DNA of 28,355 bases from Ramazzottius varieornatus. Its lineage: Eukaryota; Animalia; Tardigrada. The stretch's first letter is position 1, and each line of letters starts with the position of its first letter. The stretch spans positions 1 to 28,355 of the forward strand of contig BDGG01000004.1 of the NCBI GenBank assembly GCA_001949185.1, given 5' to 3'. Positions 10,109 to 25,307 of the stretch are shown piece by piece. The translations under genes were made by a program, and so were the position numbers. Under the pieces are notes generated by a model. It had not been told where the DNA came from. It searched no databases and saw only the letters and a program-made list of their open reading frames with translations.

Positions 10109-13100
10109 ATGGAAAGCTCGCCAAGATTCAGCATGGGCATCGCTGCTATTAGTCTCGTAGTTTTATCAACCGGAGCGGGTTTCGTCTTAGCTCATGTCAA
10201 AGATCAGAAAATCGTCCCTCGTTTTGCCGGTCCTTTGATTCCGTATGACCGCAACTACACCACTTCTCTTCTGTGGGGTACTTACCGTCCGGGAATGTAC
10301 TTCGGTGTGCAAAGTCGAACTTCCCAGTCGCTCGAAATGGGCCTGATGTGGTTCACTTACAGCGGTTTGGGTGGAGGCAAGCTGGACATTCGCCATCTGT
10401 GCGATCAGAACGACAGATTACGCTACGGATGGTTGGATCATGATGGGAGAAGCTTTGGCTACCAAGAGATCCTCGATGGCTATGCCAATATCTCCACCTC
10501 GTTCGTCAAAAGATTCAGATTAGTGCATGGACGGTTAGCAGACTATTCTGTAACTTTGGTGGATGATGAGGTAAAACAAGCGGACTTGTGAAATCGCATG
10601 GCGAATTTGTCCAAAAGAGAAACAGAGAAAATAGGCCCAGCTCCTACTCCCTCTGTTTCCCTTGTGGACAACTTCGCCATGCAGTTGTACATGGACAAGT
10701 CCGCTTGTTTTACCTCGGACCTCGATCTTTAAGTACCAATATCCGTCTTACAGTGAACAGACCAGCAGCTGGGTCGCTCGAGTTTCGCTCCAGCAGAACA
10801 CGCAGTACCGCTGGTCGCCGAAGGCTGCTAACTTCCGTTCCAAGATGAGCATCATTGTCTACTTCAAGCTGGAAGACGCCGGGAAAATCTCCCCTATAGT
10901 CGCCAGCGACAAGCTGATTAGCCTAGAAGGTTCCACGCCCTCTTTAGGTAACTTCAGCATCCACTTCAAACGCCACTCCGAAACAGATGTTGGCACTGTG
11001 TTCGGTGACGAGACCAGCAGCTTTGTCGCGACGACCCTCACCAAATGGACCGAGCTGGAAAAAACCATCCTAAACAACACTGGAATCAAGCTAGGCGGGA
11101 TAGTCAGCCACAGTCCAAACTTAATCGCCGTGGAGCTGGCTGTCTTCCCCAACTTCACGCTGGATATCGTCTACGAGACTCTAAGGAAGGAGGACGACCA
11201 AAGCAACAGTCTAGCATCGATATCTGCCGCCTCGTTGACAGAGGTCATTTTGAGAAAACGAAGGCACTTCAAAGAGAAGCTCAGGAAAGCATTCAGAGTG
11301 GACGAGGAACACGAAGACTTTGCTCAAGCGGTTTCAGTAATCTGGCCGGAGGAAGAAGATACTTTTACGGGGAGTCGTTGGTGGCGTCAAACTGGTCGCC
11401 TGCACCAGTGAAGTACTGGAAAGCGGGCTTGTACACTGCGGTACCGTCGAGGAGTTTCTTCCCGAGAGGGTTCTTCTGGGATGAAGGATTTCATCAGCTG
11501 GTGGTTAGCAAGTGGGATATGGGACTGACGAGAGAGATCATGACGTCGTGGTTGAATTTGACCAACGCGCAAGGCTGAATTCCACGGGAACAGGTAAGAC
11601 AGATAGCATTCGGTACGTTCAATGAGAACAATTGTAGAACAAATCCGAACAAATTCCGTCAGTGAAAGCCACAATTTCAGGCACCCAGAAAAGCAAATTG
11701 GAAATGACGGAAGTTTTATGTTCTCGTACAATGTGCGTAAGGGACTAGTATTTTTCAAAATGAATGAGTGGTTGCCCTGTAGATTTTGGGCGAGGAAGCC
11801 CGAAGTCGAGTTCCAGACCAGTTTGTCGTGCAGAACCCAGACTACGCAAATCCACCATCTTTTCTTCTCACTGCCGAAGCTATGTTAGACCGCCTGGATC
11901 TCGACTGTCCAGATGAGACCGACAAAACGCTGAAGTTCTTCACGTTGGCCTTCCCGCGACTGCAAGCCTGGCACAACTAGCTCAACACCACACAAACCGG
12001 GCCTCGACCAGGGAGTTACCATTGCGGCAACGAACGTGAGGACATGGCGAATTAGTCAATCAAAATGAAGGCGGATTCGGGGCGGGATCGCAATCAAGAG
12101 ATTTGATGGACTTTATTAAAAAGCACACTCTGAAATCTAAATCACCCCATCACTCACCGTATAGCCTCGACTCATCCCAAACTCTATTTTAGAACACAAT
12201 GACAGAGAAGCTATAGATGTCACAGAAGAGATCACAGGAAGACTCTCGGTATCACGAAGGAACACCTGTTACGCATAAAACAGCTGACTAAACCGGAAAC
12301 GTTGATCAAGGCTTTTGATTGCCATGACGTCACGTTATACAGTCAGCTTTGATTGCTTGATTCGCCATGTCCTCACGTTTGTTGCGGCAATGGGACCGGT
12401 GGCGTGGTCGAAACGAGACCACCGACAGAGAACTCAACCCGCACACCCTGGCTTCCGGTTTGGATGACTATTCCCGCGCTTCTCATCTAAGAAAGGACGA
12501 AATGCACGTCGATCTGTACTGCTGGATGGCTTACGCGTCGGGTGTGATGGTACGGATTGCTAAACGAGTTGGCGCAAACCTCACAGTTTACCGAAAGTAC
12601 GAATCTTTCATGGGCCTCATTGTCACACCCGACCTAACTTTCTTCAAATTCGAATCTTTCTCTATTAATACCATCGTAGCACGGAGAGCTACCTGAAGGA
12701 CAATGCTCTTCTGGACAAACTGCACTGGTCGGAGGAGTACGGTATCTACACTGACTACGGCAAGCACACCCACACAGCTCGGTTGGAACGCCAACAGCGC
12801 AATGGGCCGCTTCCGTATGACCAGCTCGTGTCCCCGCTTCCACTGGTCCGTGTGTTCGACGCGGAACCCAAGCTGACTTACGTCAACGCTTTTGGCTACG
12901 TCAGTCTTGTCCCGTTGATGCTGCAGATCCTCGACCCATTTTCACCCATGTTAGGCCTACTTCTCGACGGGCTTCACGACCCAGAGCGTCTCTGGACGGA
13001 CTAAGGTGTCCGGTCTCTTTCCCTGGACAATCCTCTCCACGCAGCATGGAACACTGAACATATTCCACCATATTGGCGAGGTGAAATCAACGTTGTTGTC

Positions 13101-13420
13101 ACCTGTGCACAGTCTACACTGTATACGCTACATGTAACAGAGCAATGTTGAATGCTTTTTTTTCAAGCCCCGTTTGGATCAACATGAACTACCTAATACT
13201 GAAGGCCCTTAAGTTCCACGGCAAAGCATCTGGTCCGTAACGGGACAAATCGATGAGGATTGCTCAAGAACTAAAGCACTATCTAGTAACGAATATGTAC
13301 AGGGTGTGCCGAAAAACAGGCTTTGTTTTTGAAAACTATGCTGAAGGTGAAGGCAAAGCATCCCATCCTTTCGCTGGATGGTCGAGATTAATCGTTTTGA
13401 TCTTGTCGGACTTTCAGTAG
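10109..13420 (+). pseudogene. MOGS: Mannosyl-oligosaccharide glucosidase (ER glucosidase I, GH63) pseudogene, intron-containing
   Basis: Motifs: LWGTYRP, IRHLC..YGWLDHDGRSFG, AVPSRSFFPRGFFWDEGFH, IPREQILGEEARSRVP, ANPP, TLASGLDDY, GYVSL, PYWR..WINMNYLIL, FENY, HPFAGW. Lesions: frameshift near 11330; TGA 11576-78 and TAG 11978-80 at Trp positions; TAA 13002-04 and 13238-40 at Tyr positions; exonic MITE at 12019-12393; no GT at the expected first donor (~10512). Confidence 0.93.
12019..12393. mobile_element. MITE inserted in a MOGS exon (TA target, Tc1/mariner-like)
   Basis: 34-bp TIR ccattgcggcaacgaacgtgaggacatggcgaat with 2 mismatches. Flanks are TA / GA. Removing the element plus 2 bp restores GGG AGT TAC CGG TGG CGT (GSYRWR). 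Confidence 0.88.
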
Positions 13421-13661
13421 TTTACAGAAGTGAAGTATGGTCGCAGTATTCGCTTCTGTTTGATTTGTTTATCAATAGAAGAGAGCCATGAAAAAATCGT
13501 TGAATCTGTCGGGCTGTTCGAGCCGAAATGGCATCGAACTTATTTGACGCAGGTACCGTTTTATGTCATATTTTGCAGTCGAATATCCCTTGTGTACTGA
13601 CTGTTGAACAAAACAGCGTGAAGTCGTTTTACGAGCCCCGGAGATATGTAATGTTCGACAT

Positions 13662-14512
13662 TTATTTATCATTATAGTTATACTTCCTCGGTTCCAAGAC
13701 GGGGTACTTTTCCCGCCAGTCTTTGACACCTTTCAGATTATGGACGTGAGCGCTGTGCGCCTTCAGCAACGGGTACGGCTTTACCAGGTCTTCTTTCTTA
13801 TGCACTGCCTTGTCCAGCACAACAGTCAGCAGAAAAACGACCCAGGTTAGCTTTTCACCCACCAGGAAGTTTTGGTTTGCCTTATTCTGTAAGATATGCT
13901 CCGTTATTCTCACCAGGCATGGAAAGATGACCGTATTCAGGTACTTCTCTGCAGCGGCCTTTTTTTGCAGCAGCCTCCTCGGAAGCAGTCATCTTGAGCA
14001 ACGAGTAGTCAATGCGGAGGCACATGCCTCCCTGGTTCACATCTGCAATCAAAACTCCGGGTACTCAGGGAACCGAAAGAGAACGCGCCGAACTGGGAAT
14101 TAATGCCGACCAACGATCTCGCAAAACACCAAGTCGTAGATTTACCGACAAAGACCGAACCATAATCTTCAGCTTGACCTTGTATTTCCAGCTGATGATG
14201 GCCGAGTTATATGTAGTCCCTGCAATGTAGTCAGCCAGCGCGTCGACCTGGGCATCCTCCCATGCATCACTCCCCATCAGATTATACTGGCGAGCCATAT
14301 ATCGCAGAATAGCCTGAGACTGACCAAGAACCATTCCGTCCACTCACGTAAGGAACCTGTCCAAACGGAGTAGCTTCTTTGACGGAATCCCACTGGTTGC
14401 GAAGGACACGGTGATCAGTCCAGTCGGTACCCTTAGCGTAGCTGAAGATCCATCGAATAGCCTCTGCGCGACCAGGAATATCAAAGTAATGAACCGTCAC
14501 TTTGGAAGCCAT
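13662..14512 (-). pseudogene. Glutathione S-transferase (sigma-class-like) pseudogene
   Basis: MASKVTVHYFDIPGRAEAIRWIF...TPFGQVP, then DG..LGQSQAILRYMAR..L.G, VDALADYIA, FLVGEKLTW, YPLLKAH. Frameshift near 14345. Inferred intron 14221-14043 starts GG instead of GT. +1 frameshift in the A7 run at 13960-13966. Confidence 0.88.
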
Positions 14513-14821
14513 TGTAGGCCCGATAATCGAACTTCTAAAAACTTCAATCGGGGAACGACGAACTATGAAAATGAAAGTTCTCGGTCTTTTAGGCGATGAA
14601 GTACTGATCCATTTGCAACTGCGTTGCTGCGTGCGTAGACTCAACGCACTGTGCGGGAACAGTAGTACTACTGTTCCCTAGTGCCTCCTTGGGGCAAGAC
14701 CGGTTGGGTTCCAAAACAAGCGGTAATTTCTGTGGCGATCGACGGGCCATTTGTTGACAAGCCACGGGGCTTTTGGCAGTTTGGGACGAGGATTCGCTTC
14801 CTTTGATGCATGTGCCATAGA

Positions 14822-16336
14822 TCAACACTGGGCAAGATAAACACTGCGGAATACACTCCGCAACCTAGGTAGTGTCACCATAAACAATAATGGATCCAAA
14901 ATCAGAGTAAACTCTGCCAAACGTAAGCGGCGATATCCACAACAGGTGAGAACAGGCGGCTGGTCATTCGGTTGCAGCCCGCTTTGAGGGTACTGACTAG
15001 TAGCTGTACCAACTGGGTGTGGGACAGACGGATGGTTTCCAGATGGCCGAGTTCTCCAGACCGTACGCGTCCTCGGAGCTTCGTTACTTGCTGGCTGAGT
15101 TCGACGAGACCCATGTCTGAGGGCTCTCCAGCGGACCACCGGGAAAACGGCGAGGACTATAACCTACCGGAAAATCGAATAAAAGTAGATGCATCGCCAG
15201 CTGCCATCCCATAGGAGCGTTTGTGAGGAAGTTACACCCGTATAGGTCTACTGGTGAACGGTACCATAGGACATCCACCACAATACCGGGTATACAGCAA
15301 GCATGGAGATACACCAACATACCAAGGCAGACGCAAACTGAGAACTTCTTTTTGTGGATTCTTCGGTAAGATATAGGAAACGTTACTGCCCATAAGCGGT
15401 TCAGAGCAATCAACGCAGGGAGTCAAAGGCTGAACCTGCAATGAGCCAAGCCGAGTATTGCCACAATGTACATGCGAAGTTTGAAATCCATTTGGTTGTG
15501 TACACCTCTCCGACAAAGTTAAAAGAGAAGATTGTAACAGTGACGAGTAGATTGGACACAAGAAGGCAAAGGATGTATATGGTGAACGGGGTGGCAAAGA
15601 TCTTTTGCGAATGAATAAGTACACGACACTGGTGGTGGTTATGAACGAACTAACAAGCACGAACAAGGTGAAGCGCCCATTAACACTTTCAGCACGATCG
15701 TTTTCATGTTTGCAGAATACTACCGTCCTCTTTGTGTATACAGGAATTTTATTGGCCGGTACCGTGTTGCGGAGGCTGGTCCAACCAATAGGCAATTTTC
15801 GAAATTTCAAAATTCGGATACTTGGCAAGCCATGAACGCCAAATCTCAAAAGGGAGAACTGGTCGTCTTGATTTTCTTCTTACTGCACTGATGACTACAA
15901 AATTTATCCCAGGCTCGGCTTCGATAGATACGACTGTCCCCAGTGCTCCAGTTGTTTTCTAAGCGAATACCGTGCACGTGTCTCGCGCGAAAATACGAAA
16001 CACCAAATTTCACCAAAACCACCCGAAACCGTAGAAAAAATTTCCAGCGTGCTGGGGTTTTGCTGACCGCTGGTCATTACTGTTGCTTTGGTGAGAAGAC
16101 CGAGGTACATGCTAACAAAAAGACCCAGACCCGAAAGACCAAAAGCAATAACTGGGAAGTGAATAAAACGGAGTAATTGTATACAAAAAGAGGACGGTCG
16201 TACGCAGAGTGCTAAAAGTCCAGTTGGGTCCATCATCGGCAGCTTTTGTGGTATTATCTTGGAGAGATAAGTTCTTGCGTACCGCAAAAAATGAAATGTC
16301 TTGTCGAACAAGGGATTGCCGGTTTCGTTCGTTCAT
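14822..16336 (-). pseudogene. Class A GPCR pseudogene interrupted by a MITE
   Basis: Fragments across frames: FTLFVLVSSF..VVYLFIRKR / TPFTIYILCLLVSNLL...ACTLWQY / LIALNRLWAVTFPISYR / LLFDFP / LILDPLLF. Several frameshifts; TM6 appears to be missing. A putative N-terminus with NLS/NTT/NWT sequons (16336-16203) lies beyond the MITE at 15720-16200, so the 5' boundary is inferred. Confidence 0.85.
15720..16200. mobile_element. TA-flanked MITE (Tc1/mariner-like), 481 bp
   Basis: ctaccgtcctctttgtgtataca (15720-15742) vs tgtatacaaaaagaggacggtcg (16178-16200): 23 bp, 2 mismatches. TA on both sides (15718-19, 16201-02). Confidence 0.8.
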
Positions 16337-16640
16337 TACGAAAACGGAATTCGGACAGTAACAAACAACTACAGAAGAAAGCTAGCTAGAAATGGACGAC
16401 GGATCCAACGGTACTAGTGGCTTTTCGGATCCTGCCATGCAGCTATCGTCATAGATCGTCTTCAGTAGTTTGCTTGACGGAAGGATCACGAAAGAAAGAA
16501 ATGTGCAGAAAGAATTATTTTCCTCTGTGGCATTTAGGAAGACCTGAACTGCGAACCGCAACTTTGTATTGACACACTATTTATCGAACGCAGTGCAAGG
16601 AGAATTCCTCTCTTTGAGGAAAAAGTTGCTTGAGCGGTTT

Positions 16641-18698
16641 CCCAAGAACAAAAAGGTCCGACCTGGGTACCGACGGAAGTGTATCTCGTACTTCGATTGG
16701 GGCCGCGCGCTGTAGCCAGAGTGGACTTTTCTCCACCGGCGCATACGGGATCGTGCGCATGCTGTGCGCCTGTATAATGGTGGCTGAAGCATGCGCAAGA
16801 GCTTGGACTCGTAAATTTTCGCTTGAAAAACTCTTCGCCAGTTGACTGCTCCCATTAGTTTTGCCTACCGACCACCTCCGTCTACCTTTCCTTGCCCACA
16901 ATGATCCTGATCCCTACTCTCGTTCATCCCAGACATCCTCTAAACGTTGTTGGGACTTGGAAGAAAAAATTTGGAGAACAGCCGATGGACGGAAACGTGA
17001 ATTTCGCCGTGCAGGATACTGCTCCCGTTCGTTGCGGCATTCAACGTCAGGGATATTGCGGGATCAACTTAACGCTGGAAGAAGCTAAGCTTATCTTTCA
17101 GACTTCCAACTAAGCTCCAAACGCCAACCAAACCTACAGAGCAAGATGTTCTTGTCAAAATTCAGCAACGATGATGTTTGCCATCTGGTTGTATTCGAAA
17201 TTTTGGCATCCGTCTGTCTAATCAAAACTGGAAGCAGAGTACTGAAAAAGCGTTCTATTTCAGCCTTCTAAATGTCGTAACGGAACGACAAAGCGCAAGA
17301 TTTTTCTTTGTCTGAGTAGCTCTGCGTAAGACAGAAGATATCACTTTGTACGAGGAAGGCAAGCGTCTCCTGTTGTAGCAGATGTAAATAAACCATAATT
17401 TCTAGTAAACGAATACTTTGATTTCGGGTGGCATGCTGACACCAAAACGATTGTAGCGTCATGTTAGACGGGACGGGATCGGCAGAGGGCGGCGGAAAAG
17501 ATAACGGCTCTAGTTGACCGGAAGTCTCGGATAAACGGAATAATTGAACAGCCACGAAGTTAGACATAAGAAATCAACAGAAAGTGTTTTCTACACTACG
17601 CGGCTGAGTGTTAGACTGTCAGGTCGGACCCCCATCTAACAAGACAGCTTGTCAGTCGGCCACCGATTCGGCCCGATCTTTCGTTGGGTCGAGCCGTCCG
17701 TGAAGTCAAGGCCGGACTGTTGGAGCGACTCGACTCGGGGAAAGATCGAACCGAGTCGGCCATCCCGATCATCAATCCGGTTGCACCGGATTAGCGCTGG
17801 CAAAAGTGAGATAAAATTCGATACGATATTTTTCGATACAATATCGGTGGATATTTTACTGCGGTCTTCGATATTCATTCGATATCGATATTTCGATACA
17901 ATATTTTCCGATACCGTATTTTCGATATATCGTATCATATCGCAGCGATATATCGATATTTCTGGAATTTTAGGTTTTCGGAATTCCACTGGTTCAAGCC
18001 CAAAAACTCAAGAAGCCGGTTTCCACATAAAGTATTAGTAAGATCGAAAGCGTCGGATGCAGCAAAGACATGACTATACCAATACTTCAAACACATGGAA
18101 ACCTGGACAGAATTAGTATCAGAACCGAATGGGCGGAGTGTGCTCGGTACACCATGGCCAAAATCAAGTCCTTGAAATCAACCATGGTCTTCCGTAAACG
18201 AGATATCACTGGCGAGTTTGCCATTCAGCAAAATACCGATATGTCGATAATATATCGATATGGCGTGATACGATATCGACGAATATTTTATTGCGTTATT
18301 CGATATGAGCTTCATATCGACATTTTCGATACAATATCTGCCGCATATTTTATCGCAAAGATTCGATATATCTCGGTACGATATCGATATACTGTATCTT
18401 TGCCAGCACTGCACCGGACCATCAATCCGGTTGGGTCCCGTCAACAAAGTAATGAAGGTCAAGCAAGTAATCTTCCGAAAAAACAAAGAAGAAAATAGCA
18501 CAAGCAGGCAATGAAGCTCCAAAAATATGATAAATGCTCAGTCACTCATTCAACCATCTCTCTGATTGATTTATTGGTTGCACAGGTGATGCGCACAGAT
18601 GTGCAGTTTAGTGGACTCGTCGTACTGTACACACGCTTACGTACACATACGCTCTCGTGCCGAAGTGCACGTCGAACTCAGGAATTTTTTTTCATGGG
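16641..18698. mobile_element. Non-autonomous DNA element, copy B (longer; hosts a nested hAT-type MITE)
   Basis: Termini cccaagaacaaaaa / ttttttttcatggg are imperfect inverted repeats flanked by tt(t) on both sides. Collinear with 4719-5378 at both ends. Internal hairpin at 17663-17759. Confidence 0.7.
17792..18411. mobile_element. hAT-type MITE, 620 bp, with CGATA(T) subterminal repeats
   Basis: TIR tagcgctggcaaa / tttgccagcactg. 8-bp TSD caccggat (17784-91) / caccggac (18412-19). Dense cgata/tatcg arrays at both ends. An empty homologous site gaccggat is at 5068-5075. Confidence 0.9.
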
Positions 18699-18723
18699 TT
18701 TAAACCTCCTTGTCTGACGTGAG

Positions 18724-19177
18724 TAATGATGAGCATTGCATTTTACATTACATTACATTTTACATTACAATTACACTTTTACACGACGTTACAGCAACGG
18801 GGAAGTTATAATGTAAATGTAAAATGTACTTACAACTTTCACCTGCCAGAATCTGCGATATTTCTGAGTATTTTGCCGCCAGAAATCTAAAATTCGGCTG
18901 ACTTACGTGGAAAGATGTCAGGAACTTCCTGAGTAGGGTCATTTTGCAACCGTATTTTTATCTTTTTCTGGAAGACAATTACTAAGATCTATATTCTATG
19001 CAAACACAGACATAGCTGGTTCGTCGTTTGCGTCGCTCCTTGTCACTTTTCGGCGTTAAAAACCGCTCAGTCTGTAAAATGTAAACTAGTGTAAAATGTA
19101 CTTACACTTTTACACTTACACTATTTTACATTACACTTTATATTACACGGACCATCTGCGTGTAATGCTCATCATTA
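18724..19177. mobile_element. hAT-type MITE, 454 bp, with TTACA subterminal repeats
   Basis: 17-bp TIR taatgatgagcattgca / tgtaatgctcatcatta with 1 mismatch. Perfect 8-bp TSD gacgtgag (18716-23, 19178-85). ttaca/tgtaa arrays near both ends. Confidence 0.92.
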
Positions 19178-19695
19178 GACGTGAGCCTGGGTTTTTTGGC
19201 GTAGGCCAACAAACATCTCAAAAATTTCGTTTCACATAGATTGCATCATAGAGAAGGGCAGGATACTGTATTCTCATCTGGTTCTGACACGAACATATCC
19301 CCGTCGGAACTCGGAAGCAGAACTACAACTCTATCACTTGACATTAGAGTGGGCATTGTTATTTCACGAAGCTTCTTCTCTCCGCCTGATATCCGCTTTT
19401 CGGACAGCACCTGCGGCACCATGGAATCGAAACGCTTTCAGAGCTGCGTTCTCCAACGGTTCAATCAACTGTGAGCTTGCTGTGGCTGAAAGCCATAATG
19501 TTACGAAAGGTTTCACCGTCACCGAGATCGACCAGAGCCACGAATCGGTCGGATTCCGTCAATGAAGGCTTTTGCATGTCAAAACTGAAAATCCATAGAT
19601 AACATGTAGCGATCCCTGCAGACAAAAAAGTGCGCCCTTCAACAGTCAATTCTGCTTCCAGTGAGATCAAGATCGGTAAATATGGAAGAAGAATA

Positions 19696-19996
19696 CGAGG
19701 TACAGGACATAATTCGGGCATNNNNNNNNNNNNNNNNNNNNNNNNNNNNNNNNNNNNNNNNNNNNNNNNNNATCTCTCTTTTCGAGTATTGATAGGTTTA
19801 AGAACACAAAACATCGAAGCTCAGAGGAATTTGTCTTGGGACGGAGATGGGTCTGTGCAATGTTAAACAGCCTAAAGTTGTATCAACCAGCGTACGATAA
19901 GAAATCAGTCAAGTGTGGGTTATAGTGTTCGAAAGTTTTGCGTTACCCGAATTATGGTGCGAAAATCGATACGCCCGAATTATGTCCTGTACCTCG
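19696..19996. mobile_element. Mariner-like MITE, copy 1 (contains the assembly gap)
   Basis: TA|cgaggtacaggacataattcgggc ... gcccgaattatgtcctgtacctcg|TA. Internal sequence is homologous to 23381-23720. Confidence 0.9.
19722..19771. other. Assembly gap (50 N)
   Basis: Run of n bases. Confidence 0.99.
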
Positions 19997-21252
19997 TAGA
20001 GGAAGACCAGACGGAAAGAACCTGGCCAGACATAGACAGAAGGGCTCCAAAAATCTCTACGCAAGACAGGTTATGCAGCCGAGAAAACAAGAGCTGCAAC
20101 AGCCGTAACCAGACTGTCAAGCGCACAACAGATTACTGTGACAATTACGGTCGTACAGTACCATACCATTGCACCACCGCACCGAGCTCTGATATGGTTC
20201 AATCAAGATCCGGTTTCTGATGGAAGTCAATCAATCAAAGACCCAGTGCTGCACGCAATCACAGCCAACTTCCGCCACCACGTATTACACGAGTTTATCG
20301 ATCATTTCCATTTTCTACAAGTTGCTTCACGGTTTGTGCGATAGGAAGCAACTCCTCTGACAGTATCACAAGACATTTACGACTGGGATCCAGGGAGTAG
20401 CCTGCTCTCCCATTGACGATTCATGGAAGTTACAGTGAGAAAGTTGCCTGGATTAAGCTGTCTCTGTTTGCCCACCTAATCAAGCCTCCTTCCCTGCCAA
20501 CTTGCATCACGAAACTCTGCTGAACATGACCCGATTAATTTGTGATAAATTGACGGTTGTTCGCTCGTTGATCACCAGGTTGTAAAGCTGGACAACACCT
20601 ACCTCCACGCCATAAAGCCTTTATCGTTTGACTGCACTTGCCCGTAACGACCTACTGTGCCATAACCTGCTTCCCGTCGCTCCTTCTTCAAGCTTACCTT
20701 CGAAAGCGTGTTTTGCGTGATGGTCAAGGTCCATTAGACCAACTACCCAGCCCTTCGGAGCGAGAAAATGACTTCCAAGGTGAGAACTCTGGAAGAAAAA
20801 AGATCTCAGCTTTTCGGTGAGGTTGAGTTTGGTGTGGCATGACGGCCGTTTCGCACGGTGGTAATCACATGACAAAAGCGCTCCGTTGCACCTGTCGGCT
20901 CACCAAGATTGAGACAGAATGTGAACGTGATACTGACGAATCAAAGCCTGTCAATCAAGCGGAGTCTAATCAGTCAGTAGCCAAGTGGTTTCCTGCGCCC
21001 CTAAGTTCTCTGATTTGCCGTGATGCTCAGGGGAAAGTTCCCCGTTTTCTGAAGCGTGTAAAGGGTAATGTTACCTAATGCGAACATTTACAGCGGAGAG
21101 GACGTTGGGTAACTCTCTTCGCGATCGATACGTGATTTCGTGGTTTCATTCGGTTAATCGACATTTGACCGTCTTACGTCTTCGACGTTGCTCTCGTCCT
21201 GCAACTATCGACAACGCACATTAAAATTTCTCGTGACGAAGATCAGCGGCTA

Positions 21253-24902
<3,650 letters not shown>

Positions 24903-25307
24903 ACATCGAAGGGGTGATGTAGCTGTTTGGTTAAAAAAAAGAAAATATGGAGTTTATTTTGTGGCGTAGTTGGTATCAGAGTGCAGCGTTCTTTTTCACT
25001 GACATTCCAAAGCGATACTGTGGTTTTGTAGTTTTAAACCACCACACGTCTTTTTTGATGCAAACTTTGACACTTATTTTTATCGCCTGTGTTTTTGGTT
25101 TTAACAGTCAGTGCATGTGCTTGTCAAATTTCAGTCGTGTTTTACTTGTGTCATCTGTTTTTATCGAGCTGCAGAAGCTTGCTGGATTTTTTGATTTTCC
25201 TTGTGTTGCTTTTTCCGTCTTTACTAACATCAGAAACGTGAAACAGTATCTTCTGACCGACAGCAGAGAATCAAGTTAGAATATCAAAACTTCTTCTGAA
25301 GCTTTCT

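Larger units (their letters stand above)
19186..20790 (-). pseudogene. Possible decayed multi-exon gene, divergent from the sorting nexin; product unknown
   Basis: Exon-like blocks with good splice sites (cttccag|...ATG GAC CTT..GAA G|gtaag at 20790-20699; gttgcag| near 20092; gtctgcag| near 19615). Protein-like stretches (LLFSRLHNLSCVEIFG; KKLREITMPTL) are broken by stops and MITEs. No family recognised. Confidence 0.3.

Noticed and set aside
11576-13240. Stop-codon recoding or A-to-I restorative editing of MOGS (stops fall at Trp and Tyr positions)
   Set aside because: The same gene has a frameshift and an exonic MITE. The intact genes contain no internal stops and use TAG/TGA as terminators. 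Trp and Tyr codons are one substitution from stops.
15904-16311. 135-aa hydrophobic ORF as a membrane protein
   Set aside because: Mostly inside the TA-flanked MITE and crosses its boundary; no family motif.
17636-18522. Several 69-142 aa ORFs rich in I/D/R/Y/S
   Set aside because: They are translations of the CGATAT repeat arrays of the hAT-type MITE.
17815-19150. CRISPR-like or satellite array
   Set aside because: No constant repeat-spacer periodicity. The motifs are bounded by TIRs and 8-bp TSDs, in a eukaryotic context.
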